From: Oikopleura dioica
Lineage: Eukaryota; Animalia; Chordata
Reading direction: 5' to 3'
Assembly (NCBI GenBank): GCA_907165135.1
Contig: OU015568.1
Location: 14,829,208-14,893,207 of the forward strand
Length of the DNA: 64,000 nt
Position 1 is the stretch's first letter. Every line of letters starts with the position of its first letter. Shown one piece after another: positions 52,101-64,000 of the stretch. The translations under genes and the position numbers were made by a program. The notes beneath the pieces are model-generated. The model was not told the origin of the DNA. It was given only the letters and a program-made list of their open reading frames with translations, and did not search any database.

Positions 52101-55100
52101 TCGCCTCAGAAATTGCTATAGATTTGATCAATAGGGGAACATGGAAAAAATGGAATTTTCCTGGAGGAAATCAAGGAAGAGAATCGGCTTTTCTATAACA
52201 TTTCCTTGAATAGCTAATTGCTTGGAATGCGCCTCCTTGAGCTCTTCTTTCACTGCCTGCGTCCTTGAAAACGTTAATCCCGTGAAATCAAGCAATTTTA
52301 TTTACCTCAAATTAGCGCGCTTTACATCTTCTTTTAGCTTTTGAACTTGCTTCTCCTTGATTTCCATCATTTCTTCGGCGCAGCAGAGCTCTTCAAGTTT
52401 GCTTTTTCGCTTCTTGATCGACTCTAACATGTAATTGTCGACGACTACTATGAGCGAAAATTGCCGGTTTTCTTACCTTTGAGAGTGTCGTTTTTTCCGC
52501 ACAAGGTGGCGATTTCTTTGTCTTTATTTCTTTCAAGTTCGTTCTGAGTTTGATCATGGTTAGCCGTTAAGGGAGGGGTCGACGAGAATTTTTTCAGGTG
52601 TGATCGTAATTTCGCGTATACACATGGTCTGTGCATGAATCTTATATTTTGGAATCTACAGATCCTCACGAATCTGTTGAGCCTAAAATCATTCGATAAA
52701 AATAAGATTTAGGGGTTGAAATTAAGAAAAATGTAAAAAAAATGACTATTTTTTGTGCATTTTCGCGAAAATGCCCCTACTTTGACGGCATTTTTGACCG
52801 ATTTTTTCTGGCCAAAATTTTTTCTACTTCTCGCCGGTTAAATTTTTCAACCCTTTTCTATTTGCCAGTAAATTCAGATTTTGCCTATCTGATCAGGTTT
52901 TCCCGCATTTTTGGTCACGGAAATCCTGATTCTCGTCGACCCCCTCCTTAAAGATTCAACATAATAGACTTTAGGGTGAAACAGCCGTTAGAAAAACGAA
53001 TCTTAGATTGATAGAGAGCCTTAATGAATGATGGAAATCGGATAAAAACTCGTTAATATTAGATTTGAAGTCAGATCTGAACGATTTCCTGAGCGTAGCC
53101 ATCAGCTTGTTCACATGTTCTTGGTAAATCCTCAAATCTGAAACAAAAGAAAATGTTATTTATGAAAGACTTGGGTCAAAGGCTGACAGCGGGGCAATAA
53201 GTAGCGCTCACCTGTAGTGACAGTAGCGTGATGAGCTGCGGCATCAGCTCGCATTTCTGCTGCGATCTTCTTTGGTGAGATTCCTGACATTTGCGGCATT
53301 TCTCTGGCGTCGTTGTTGAATGTGGGGTAAATGAGGGCACGCGAGTTTGAACAGTCCGAGAGGGGAAGATATTGATAGAGTAGAAAGTTGTGTACAAATG
53401 CAATGGGATAAAAAGAATTCTAGAAATAATTTACAATTTGATTTAGCTTGAAAATGGGGATGAACAAGCTGCGGCGATAAGAAGGGAGCTGGATGGTCGA
53501 CGACAATATTGTGATAAGGTAAATACAGATGCAAGAAAAAAATCAATAAAATAAGCTAAAATTTTGGTATCTGTCAATAAGAACAGTTCCATTTACGAGT
53601 CTAACGGACCAAATCTAACGTAATCGCTATCAATCAGGTAGAGGCAAAAATATACTAAAATGCAGCGCAAGATAAAATATCAAATACAGTATGAGCGAAA
53701 CTCTTCAATAAAGCCCATTCACGTCGCATTTTTCTTCTTTCGTAAATATTTTTCTCGATTGGAAAAACACTGTTTTTGTGGGTCTGATTTTTTGGACTAA
53801 AATTGGATGACTGTATATTATACAGTGTATAACAAAAAAATTAAATGGCCACGTAGCTTTGATTTGAAGCCTTTGAATTTTCGACATATCCGATCTCTAA
53901 GATGATTCCGATAAGCAATGAATGGGCTCATGGAATGTAGCTCATTTTAAGAAATGATATCCAGGATATCATATCCTTCATCTGATGAAGTTTATCATAC
54001 AATACGTAGTGTACAACTTTTCAATCAAGAATTTAGGTGATGCGGGATAGAAAGTTTCCCAAGTTTCTCGTTCCCGATGGGAAGAGTCAACTCGAATGGA
54101 ACAAAATCTACGTCGAGGAGTTACGGCAGGCCGTCAACGTCCTCATGCAGAATTTGGAATCGATGCCAGTCACGAAACGATTGGAAAACGCAACGTACGG
54201 AGCTCGGGCACTTCAAAACATGTCCGGAGTGGTGAAGCCTTTGTCGAGAATCGACAAAGTCAGCGAAACGGACGACTCTACTTTGGCCAAGAGCCATATT
54301 AGCTTGATGTTCACGATAGAACTTGTCGTCCAGGTATGTTTCTACAAGCCTTCTTGCCAGTAATCAATTATTAAAAGGAAGTGACAAATATCAAAAACGC
54401 CGATGCCAAGCGCAAAGTGTACTGCACGATGGAAATGGACGGTGGCGAGAAAATGGCGACAGATGCGGTTCCCTCTACCGGAGCAAAATGGGATTGCCAA
54501 GCCGATTTTCGCTCGAACCAGATTCGGCCTTGTCTGAAAGTCAAATTGTTTCAAAAGTCGAAGAACAAGCTGGCGATTGAGGACAAAGAACTGGGTCGCG
54601 TTTTGATCAAGCCTTTGCCAAACACGCCGACTTGTACGGAGTGGTACACGATGTATACAGGTCAAAAGAATAAACCCGAAGCAGATTGCGCTAGAATACG
54701 ACTTGGTATTCGAATCGACAAGCCTGCGAATCTGAAACACTGTGGATATCTCTACGCTCAAGGAAAACAAGCTTGGAAGAAGTGGAAGATGCGCTTTTTC
54801 GCTCTTGTCCAAGTTTCGCAGTACACATTCGCCATGTGTTCTTTTCAAGAAAGAAAGACAGAGCCTCATGAAATGGTCCAGCTGGATGGATTCACCGTAG
54901 ATTACAGTCTTCCAGAGCCAGGTCTTGAAGGAGGAAATGTCTTTTTCAACGCGATGAAGGAGTCGGATTCGATTATCTTTTCTTGCCAAGGAATTGGTCT
55001 TTTTTCATTTTTTGTTCTCCATTTGTATTCAATTAAATTTCGCCAGAAATAGACCACAATCAAAGACGACGAAGACCGCAATTTATGGGTTCAAGCAATT

Positions 55101-58100
55101 TACCGCGCAACTGGACAGAGCTATAAACCACAAATCCCTTCCAATAATACGCCAAAGTTGAGACCCACATCGATCGAGGCAATTTCCACCTCAAACGCGG
55201 CTACAACAAATAGTTCAAGTTCAAGCAAAACGCTTCCGAAGAATCCATATCTAGACGAGTTTATTCAAATTGATCCGACTTCTTGCGATCAAACGCTGCT
55301 TTTTGAAGATCTTCTCCGGGAAACACTCAGGTAAACCCTGAGGGCGAAGCCCCTGCGTTAGGCTTAGGCTTAGGGGTTAGGGTTAGCGTTAGGGTTACGA
55401 CTGGGTAACTCCGTAACAAATTCTAGACGTTTCTCTCGTTGTTACCTGCTAATAGACGATGCTATAGTAGAAAAGGATAAGCCACTGTCGCACTGGCGTC
55501 ACTAATCCGGCTTTAGGCATCGGTTAAATGACCAGTATGCATGTTTGGGATGGCTCAGCCCTGGCCAACTTTTCCTCATGGACGAATACTGCGCTCGCTA
55601 CGGCGTACGCGGCGTAATTCGCCAAATCCTGTATCTGAACGAGCTACTGGATCACGCGGAAAAGGGATCAATGATTGACCCAACACTGCTGCATTACTGC
55701 TACGCGTACATTTCTTCCCACAACTTTGGCAACAGCCCTGAAGGATACCAAACAGTCACGGTCAACGAAATGGCGCAGTTCTACTCTGTCAGGGAGCGAC
55801 TTCAGGCATACTTGGAATCTCAACTTGCGAACATTCGATATTCATTCCCATTCGGCAGACCTGAGGGAGCACTGAAAGCGACTCTCTCCCTTCTGGAACG
55901 GGTAATTAAACCAAATTACTTTCCCCTGCAACTGACGTCGTTACTTTTTCATCAACGCCTTCAGGTTTTGATGAACGACCTTTCAACCCAAGTCCCCGTG
56001 GAAGAAATCAAAGGAATCGTGACGGCGAATTTGGAGAAAGCGGCGAAGTTGAATTTTGCCCAAGTCCAACAGGAATCACGCCTGGAGGGTAAGTCTGTCG
56101 AAAAATAGCGCCACCTATGCCGAACCAAGCAAGGTGCCGTGTGTGCCCAAAACGGCAGTCCCTGCTTTTTAGGAATCCTAATTTTCCCGGATTGGTAAAA
56201 GCAAGGTCTTGGGGAAAATTGTTTGGAAAACACCGTTTTCCCCAAAATCACCCATTTACCAATCGAGAAATGCAAGACTTTTGGAAAAACAGGGCTGTCG
56301 AAAAAGCTAATCATTCTGTTGAATTTTTGCTGTTCCTCCATCCCGTGTGCCTAGGGCTGCCACATAAAAATCGGCCCAACTCAACCTCTTAGAATTCGAT
56401 TTTTCTAACCCTACCACGTTTTAGGGTAAGTCTTGAAGTTTTCCAGAAAAATAAAATTTTTCGAAATTTTAAGGGTGTAGCCCCCGAAAAATCGATTTTT
56501 TCGCATTTTTTTCGGTTTTTTTGCCTCCGGAGCCCGAATTTTCAACTTTTTTCAATTTTTATTTTGGGATCATCAAATTCAGGGCATTTAACAACCCCAG
56601 AGAGTGCAGCTCTGAAAAATTCAAATTTTTGCTTAGGAAATTTTTTTTTCAAAAAAATCGAAAATTATGATTTTCTTAAAAAAGCTTTCTTAAATAATTT
56701 AAATCATCAAAAAAGAGAGAAAACTGTTTAAAGTTTAAACAGTTTTCTCTCTTTTTTGACTTTTTTAAACTTTAAACTGAATCAGAACCTATGAAAAAGC
56801 CCGAGTCTGGCCCCTGAGATAATTTAACAATTCAGACATAAATTTAAGAAAATATCAACGAAAACCATAACAGAGCTTAAAATTTGGATAATATTGATTT
56901 TAACATCCAATGGAGGTGGGTGGGGTTGGGGACGAAACTGAGAATGATCAACTCAGATTTCCCAGCCTTTGTCAAGCCCCTTAAATTAAGAAATCAAGGA
57001 ACGGGGCTAAGACGGCCCGAAGGGCCGTCAAGCCCCTTAAATTAAGAAATCAAGGAACGGGGCTGAGACGGCCCGAAGGGCCGTCAAGCCCCTTAAATTA
57101 AGAAATCAAGGAATGGGGCTGAGACGGCCCGAAGGGCCGTCAAGCCCCTTAAATTAAGAAATCAAGGAATGGGGCTGAGACGGCCCGAAGGGCCGTCAAG
57201 CCCCTTAAATTAAGAAATCAAGGAACGGGGCTGAGACGGCCCGAAAAATATTTTTTTGACCCAAAAAATAAAGTCAAAATTGTTTTAAAAAAATTTGAAA
57301 AAAAAAAATGAAATTTTTCGAAAAAATAAAATTTTCTATCCATTTTTTTAGCGACCATGGTTGATCATACTTTTAGCTGCACTCACTGTTGATGCGTTAG
57401 CTTCTGTTCTTTCAAAATCAAGAAAGAAAACAAAAAAATTCAATATCACGTGACTCCGCTGGCCATTTTGATGATTTTTGGCTATTTTGGCTATTTTTCG
57501 GACTTTTTGGCTCATTTTTCTCAAAAAAACTCCATTATGTATCATTATTTTTCTGCTTTATATGATTCTACTAATCACGTAGAATATTCCAGGGGGTTTC
57601 GGGGGTTTAGGGGGTCCGATTTTTATGTGGCAGCCCTACGTGTGCCTGAAAATTCCGTGTCAACTATTTTTTCTTTTCTTTGAAAAAGTTGTAACATTTT
57701 CACCCTCGCCGTAACATTTTCTCACGCTTCTGCCATCTTGTGCTCAAAACTAAAAAAATAATAATCTTTTTCTTGCCTAGCGCTTTACGCGAAGCTGAGC
57801 AGACTTAGAAGGACTGAGGTAGATACAGTAATGTGAGCTCTAAGGTGGCTAACGAGCATTTTTAATTCAAGGTTGATACGGGCGCTTTGGCCGAAGAGGT
57901 GCATCCAATTCATAGGGCACGGGGTGGATGAATAAGCCACGGATTACGCGAGCGAGTTTTTTTGCAGGGAGAATTGAGTTTTGTGGTCAAATTAGACACC
58001 ATTTTCCAATTATCCTACCTGGCCAACTGACGCGTTCCGTTTTGCTGTCTTTGATTTTAACCTATTTTGCGTGTCTAGCAGTTCTACAAGAAGGGAACAA

Positions 58101-59776
58101 GATCTTAGATTATGACGTGATCCTTTCCACCCCCGAAAAACGACTAGACGAGCTTGTTCATCTTGCTGAGTTGTGTATAGAAGTTCATCAGCAAAATGAA
58201 GAGTACCATGCCGAGGTGACCAGAAATTCCTTTTCCACCAAAGTTACTTTCTTCTTTTAGGGTCGCGAAGCATTCACGTGGTTTCCGATGGCAATGCGAG
58301 ACCATAATGAGCTTTTTTGGTTTCAATTTTCGGTCGAGATGGATTTGATCCTCGAAGCACAGCCTTCCGATTGCTGGGACTCGTTTCCGCTTTTCCAGCT
58401 TCTGAATGATTTCTTTGCTTCATCCGGTCACGTGCTGTTCAAAGGAAGATTTCACAAGCATCTCATGGATGTCTACGCGCCAATGGTCATTCGCTACATA
58501 GGTAAACTTGAATAAGAATGCCAAATAAATTAGTTAGTTCGTCAAAATTTGCGTCCAAGATATCTTGTTTCAAAAATGACGTTTCAAATTTAGATCTAAT
58601 GGAAACTTCCATCGCCCAGGCAGTTTATCGGGGCCTTGAAAATGAAACCTGGCAGCCTTGTCAATACGGTTCTCAGACTACGGACGATGTAAGCAGCAAT
58701 CTTATAAACAGAAACGTCAACGGCTTCATTTAGGTTTTATGGAAGCTCGACGCGTTGCAAACCTTCATTTTCGATTTACACTGGCCTGAAGACGTTTTCG
58801 CGACGCATTTGCAGAGTCGGCTGAAGGTCATGGCGAATGACATGATTCACTCGATTATAAATAATATTTTGGAGAAGATGGAGGTCTCTGGAAGGATCGT
58901 TTTCAATCAGCAAGATTTCAGGCCAAAATTAGAAATAATAGCTATCAAATTTGAGACATTTTTGAAAACAAAACTAAGAAATTTGTCGAAATCATCGACA
59001 ATGCGAATTCCAATTTCCATCATCGTCATGTTAAATTCCGTCAACGACTGCCAAAAGCGCTTTCTCAAGCTTTGCGGCTCGACAGAAGCGATGGTCAGTA
59101 GTGGAATGAAGGGAATCGACACGGATGAAACGATGGTTGACCTTGAAAACTGCCAGAAAAATGCGGTTGGGACGATTATTGAAAGTCTGATGAGAGTGAT
59201 GGAGACGACGCTGAATAAACTTGGCAGATATGATGAAGGGTCGTTGACCAAGACTTTCCTGAGCTTTACGAAGCCGAGTATGGATACGGCAAATTCATTT
59301 ATTCAGGTTTATTGTTAAAATTGAACACAAAATTGATTTTTAATTTAGTTCATTCGTCAAAATCAAGACATCATCAGAGAAAAAATCAACGATGAAGATG
59401 TCGTCGAAGAGTTTTTCAGCGAATGGTAAAAATTTCCCTTTCCATCCTCTTTTCTATCGCCTCTTTAGGTACACAGCCTACCTCAAAGCCCTGAACGAGT
59501 GGCTCAAGACTCGCGCGGGCACTTCCCTAAATGTGCACCAGCTCAAGTCGCTGATAAAAATATTTAAAAAGATGACAAAAGACTTCGAGCTCCAAGGAGT
59601 CCTCAATGTTCGCGACGAGCCTTATGGAAATATTGCTGTAAGAAAATCTTTTGATTGCTGAATTATTATCAATTTTTTAGAATCGCCTGAAAGTCGAAGA
59701 AGCAACAGCTTCCGTTACCCAAGGACCTTTGGGTGAAGGAGTTTCGATGGAGGATTCTGACGGAGAAGGAAGCTAG
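49165..59776 (+). CDS. CADPS: Calcium-dependent secretion activator (CAPS/UNC-31)
   Basis: MIEDSSSDEED start; IQLYVFCLRAIAYPFNAK|QPTDLVRR; LTKEQLYDMFQYILGI; C2-like and PH regions (KHCGYLYAQGKQAWKKWKMRFFALVQVSQYTFAMCS); GWLSPGQLFLMDEYCARYGVRG; MHD region; last exon NRLKVEEATAS to TAG 59774-59776. Confidence 0.95.
51458..53299 (-). CDS. Coiled-coil protein gene nested antisense within a CADPS intron
   Basis: Exons with GT/GA-AG ends: MPQMSGISPKKIAAEMR, ESIKKRKSKLEELCCAEEMMEIKEKQVQKLKEDVK, EKEILIRRNDALIADNERFRNRLLQTEKDVADTKGELELIDDLIN. The 3' end is approximate. Confidence 0.7.
56352..57638. mobile_element. 1287-bp non-autonomous hAT element in a CADPS intron
   Basis: Perfect 23-bp TIR TAGGGCTGCCACATAAAAATCGG; perfect 8-bp TSD CGTGTGCC (56344-56351 and 57639-57646). 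Confidence 0.93.
56971..57245 (+). repeat. 56-bp minisatellite, about 4.9 copies, inside the hAT element
   Basis: Units start at 56971, 57027, 57083, 57139 and 57195; nearly identical and directly abutting. Confidence 0.95.
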
Positions 59777-60184
59777 TCTTGTTTAAAAAAGGATAAATTC
59801 GTAAACTGCCCAATTCTGCTCAAATAAATCTGCTCACAAAAGTACTTTCTCAATAACTACCATTGTCTCGTTGTTTATTACCAGAACTTCTGGTCCAGAA
59901 GGTCGTACACTATGAGTCGTTAGTTTTACTATTGCTAGTTTTATTGTTGAGTTTTTTTTGTGCAACTTAAGTAAATTTATTACCGGAAGATTATACATCC
60001 TTGAACAAAAAGACACTTTTTTCTTACACCGATCTATCTTTATCAACAGAGATGGGAATGAAGACAATGAAGAATGCATTTTATACAGGTAATTAATTGC
60101 CAAGTTTCTTGAGCACGGCGGGGGCGCTGTTAATTTCATCCATGAATAAGGATCACACCTCGCTTCTACCGCCTCTCGCCCCGC

Positions 60185-61739
60185 ATGAATTTAACCCTCC
60201 CAAAGTATATTTTTCTAGGCCTGTCGATATGCTTTATTTTAATCTTGGTCAAAGAAAAAGAATATATTTTGAAGCTAAAAGAAGAGAGCTACTATGATCG
60301 AGCGGAACGAAAGCAGGAGATAAACTATGAAACAGAGAAGGGTTTTACGACGGCGAAGAGTCCAGCTGTAGAGAATGCCGAAGAAAATGAGATTCAAATG
60401 AAGTGGACGCCAAGTACCGAGGAGTGCAGACCAGTAGACAATTTTGTATTTCTGAAAAAGCACAAAGTCGCCAGCACCACTTTCAAAGCTATTTTTCGTA
60501 AATTTGCCAAGTACCGAGAGATTCCTCTTGAGCAAACTTTAATTGGGCCACAAGGTAGGTCTCGATGATAAACTGAAAATAAATGTAAAATTTGTCCATT
60601 TTTTTGCTTTCGTGGATTTTTTCTTTTCGAAAATTATCTCATTTTCAGGTGGATGTTATCCGGCGCGCATAAACGAGGACTGCTGGCCCAGACGTCATTA
60701 TCATCCGGCAAATGGGTTGACTTATCACTTTCGTTGGAACATAGAACAAGCTCACAAGATCTTTGATTTGAAAAACACAGCGATTTTTACGACAATCAGG
60801 AACCCGATGACTTGCTTTGAATCCGTCTACAATTACTTTTACTTCAAGCGATCGAGAAAATTGGATTATTCGTGCGATTCGCCTTGCTGGAACCGCCCGT
60901 TTTACCAATTCAACGGAGATAGATTGGGAATCTCCACCGGCGAATTCTTGGATTCCCTTCCGGAAAATTTCGACCCGACAGTTTCCAGAAATTTTCGAGC
61001 AAAGAACTTTCAATCGTTCGAACTTGGGCTAGACCATTTGAATGACGACCCTGCTTATATAAAATCGCAAATGGAGCTGCTGGAGACACAATTTGATCTT
61101 GTCATTATTCTAGAGCACTACATGGAATCGATCGTCCTTCTCAAACATCGCCTCTGCGTTCCTTACGAAATTTTGTACATCAAGGCGAAAAACACGGCGA
61201 GTTATACGCCACAGCCGCTGAACGAAAGACAACAAGCCACCTTCAACGAGTTTTTCAAGCAAGATCTCGAAATGTACAAATTCTTCAACGAGACTCTTCA
61301 CAAGAAAATCGACGCGTTTGGACGGGATCGAATGCGCGAGGAGATCATAATTGCAAAGAGAATATTTGAACAGTGTGCGAAGCTCTCTGACGAGCATAAA
61401 AATGCATGCAAAATTAAAAGACCTGAAAGTGAACCACCGGTATGATAACTTTTCCTGACAGTTTTATCTAAATTTCAGGCAAATATAACTAGCGAAATCG
61501 TCCAATACCCGTCCCTTGACCCGAAGATCTACCTCAAATACATGGACGAAAACTTTGGACACTGCTCTAATCCGTCTAGTTCTTATGGAAAAATCAAATC
61601 TATTCACGAAACGGGAGTTTTCCACAGTACATGTCGATCTATTGACCAACCTCTGCGATCAAACTTTGGTGATTACATTAAAAGTACTGTAGAGTTGGGA
61701 GACAAAGTCGATAACTATACGAATATAATAAATTCTTAG
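60185..61739 (+). CDS. Galactose-3-O-sulfotransferase family type II membrane protein
   Basis: N-terminal TM, FVFLKKHKVASTT (5'-PSB), FTTIRNPMTCFESVYNYF (3'-PB), AKNFQSFELG, FDLVIILEHYMESIVLLK. Three exons. Confidence 0.9.
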
Positions 61740-61893
61740 CATTTTTGACTATGTTTGTTCAAATTAAGAGCTTTACTGTACAAGGTTTTAAAAACATGAA
61801 TATTTATTTTGATGAGTTGAAGTGATTCGCAGATTTCTCAACAAAAGAAAAAAATTGACTGATTACATGAAGATAAATTTATATTAATTGCAT

Positions 61894-62352
61894 CTATTAG
61901 TTGTTCTCGTCTTTGGCCATTCGATAGTCTGGGTGACGTCAGTAATCCTGTTGGTCCTTATCGAGGCCCTCAACGAAAGCATTCTCCTTTGCTCGTAGCT
62001 CGTCGAGTTGAGCTCGCTCCTCATCAGTGAGTTTTTCGAGGAAGTCCTTCTCGTCCTTGATCTGGTGATAGTCTCGGTAACGCCAATAATCGCTCTGGTC
62101 CCTGAGGCTTCTCATATGATATGAGTCATATCCAGTCCACAGATTGATTTTGCCAGTTGACGACCTTCTGGCTCAAGCCTTCTCTTTCACTCGAAATCAT
62201 TTTTGACAAAAATGTACTCCTTCAATTATCCTAATGTGATGCTCATAAAAAGTATTTTCTTACGAATCGCAACAAAAGAGGCTATTTACGAAGTCATTGT
62301 TGACTTTGACGACGTCAACTCATTGGATCTCGCTTTTATGGGTCAGAGTCAT
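61894..62352 (-). CDS. Small unknown protein containing in-frame TGA codons (recoded gene or pseudogene)
   Basis: Strongly coding-like frame SDYWRYRDYHQIKDEKDFLEKLTDEERAQLDELRAKENAFVEGLDKDQQDY*RHPDYRMAKDENN, ending TAA TAG. GTAAG-TAG intron at 62263-62231. The 5' part is uncertain. Confidence 0.5.
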
Positions 62353-62441
62353 TAATGCCGACCGTCGTGACGAAATATCCTTATGCCAAGATATGGATAA
62401 ACAACCATGAGAAATCAGTTTAAAATATTTTGTATCATCGG

Positions 62442-62777
62442 TAGGAGTACCAGAGAATAATTCGGCATTTTACTGGGCTAAGATAGGAGAGAGTTTAGGG
62501 AGGTTTGGTTCTTGCTGCATGGTTATCAGTCGTTTTCGTTCCTTGACCCGGCGGCCAGTCATTCAATTTCATGGATTTCCGAAATAACTGTGGTTTCTGA
62601 CTTCGAGGGGGCCAAATGCCCCCAGGATACCAAATAGCTCCACAATATCAACATTGAAAATGATCCCCACGACCAAAACTTTCCAAGACTTTACTATTTA
62701 TTAACTAGTAATAGTCTTACCCTAACCCTAACCAACTTTAGCCCAGTAAAATGTCGAACTATTCTCCGGTTCTCCTA
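62442..62777. mobile_element. Older MITE with about 40-bp TIRs and a degenerate 8-bp TSD
   Basis: TAGGAGTACCAGAGAATAATTCGGCATTTTACTGGGCTAA / TTAGCCCAGTAAAATGTCGAACTATTCTCCGGTTCTCCTA; flanks ATCATCGG vs ATCATAGT. Confidence 0.75.
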
Positions 62778-63223
62778 ATCATAGTCTTTCCACTTACATT
62801 TTTGCTCTACTACGGAAGTTTTAAATATTTGAGAGAAAATCAAGCAAATCAAGTTAGAGATGATCATTACAGAAGAAATATCGCCGATCAGAATAAAATA
62901 TCAGGAAGGTTTTAAAAAACAGGAACATTTTGCCAATTTAATTGAAAGAAATCTGTTTGAAACCATACTAAGACGATTTATCATTTATTAAAAACGAGCT
63001 GATCAAAATAAAAGAAGCACAAAACATCCACCCGAAGCAAAAAGCAAAAGAAAATCAACTAAACCCGGTCGAGGACGAACAAACAGGCATGTTTTCAGCC
63101 TCTTTATAAAAAAATGTCACGCATCGACAGCCAATATATTTTCATATTTACATTGCGGGGACTCACTCAACAACGCGATTGAGCCAGGCCTGCGAGATTA
63201 GTGAAAGAAAAAAGAAAGAGTTA

Positions 63224-64000
63224 ATGAAATTTAACAAGGGATTTTGTCTTGCTTTTTGCCTTGTTATCGTTGTGTTGTTTTTATGGTTTTCTAGCTATAA
63301 GAATTTCAAAAGCGATTTACAAGTAGCATCTTACAGAAAACTTCAAATTTCTGATGATCTTCTTAAACTTCTCGATTTCCAAGAAGAGCTCAGTAAAATT
63401 AGAGAGATTGTTGAGGATATCACAATTGAAAAGAAACAAAATTCTTTGAACCATAATTACGAGAAAAGTAATGAAAACATCAAAGTTGTCGAGAAAATTG
63501 TCGAGAAAAAAATTTTCATTTACGATGAACACCCTCATAAACCATGGAAGAATCAACAGCTCAACGAATATATTGGCGAATTTGGAAGGACGGATTCAAA
63601 TTTCTGCCAGAAAAAGGAGCACATCTACTTTTTGAAAACGTCCAAAACTGGAGGAACCACCTTTGCAAATATCTTGCAACGATTTGGGTAAGTCAAATAT
63701 ACTTAATGATAAGAGTCCAATGACAAGACTCTTATCAATTAACAGAAGGCCCTTATGATAGGGTTCCCATTTTAATGAACAAATACTGTATTAGGGTTAG
63801 GGTTAGAGTTAGGGATATTAAATTCGCTAAAATAGCATTTGCATCTTTTAATAATACCCTTCTATTTTATTAACAACAAAAATAGATACAGAAGGCCCGG
63901 AACAAATTTTCTCATGGGTGAATGTGGCAATGGAGCGATGTTCTTCGCGAACGGCGAGTTACCATTTAACCTCGATGTATGCTTTGTCGGTCGAGATTTC
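63224..64000 (+). CDS. Second galactose-3-O-sulfotransferase family gene, 3'-partial
   Basis: MKFNKGFCLAFCLVIVVLFLWF TM, a coiled stem, IYFLKTSKTGGTTFANILQRFG, then a spliced exon open to the window end. Confidence 0.8.

Noticed and set aside
56971-57245. CRISPR-like array of palindromic repeats
   Set aside because: Units abut with no unique spacers, the context is eukaryotic and there are no cas genes; it is a minisatellite.
61780-61895. Selenoprotein explanation (SECIS) for the TGA-containing gene
   Set aside because: No ATGA..AA..GA SECIS-like stem seen in the short AT-rich 3' region, and the TGA aligns with Trp rather than Cys.
62442-62700. Additional TGA-interrupted frames upstream of the small gene
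   Set aside because: They lie inside a MITE and are not evidence for recoding.

Overview
Compact, intron-rich animal DNA; not prokaryotic, and no CRISPR array, rRNA or tRNA gene was recognised. Very short introns (about 33-100 nt), GA-AG introns, dense genes, many MITEs and a Ty3/Gypsy element suggest the appendicularian tunicate Oikopleura (inference). Host genes in order: Tob, a KLHL9/13-like BTB-kelch gene, GLI, a large secreted TSP1/PAN/EGF/kelch-like mosaic protein, a SETD3/4-type methyltransferase, an SLC43-type transporter, a chymotrypsin-type protease, xylulokinase, a ZP-like + C-type lectin gene, CADPS with a nested antisense coiled-coil gene, and two galactose-3-O-sulfotransferases. 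Main observations: (1) a hAT MITE inside a coding exon that forms an exact in-frame GT-AG intron (introner-like), with a second MITE about 100 nt downstream; (2) a young 7.65-kb Gypsy element whose LTRs look identical, with a CCCH instead of CCHC finger in Gag, a UGA-CUAG gag-pol junction, and an orphan ORF bracketed by duplicated polypurine tracts, inserted into a host coding exon; (3) a small gene whose in-frame TGA aligns with a TGG (Trp) in an internal repeat; (4) a GLI with a degenerate SUFU-binding motif. All exon models were read by eye. Five single-base homopolymer frameshifts suggest assembly errors.
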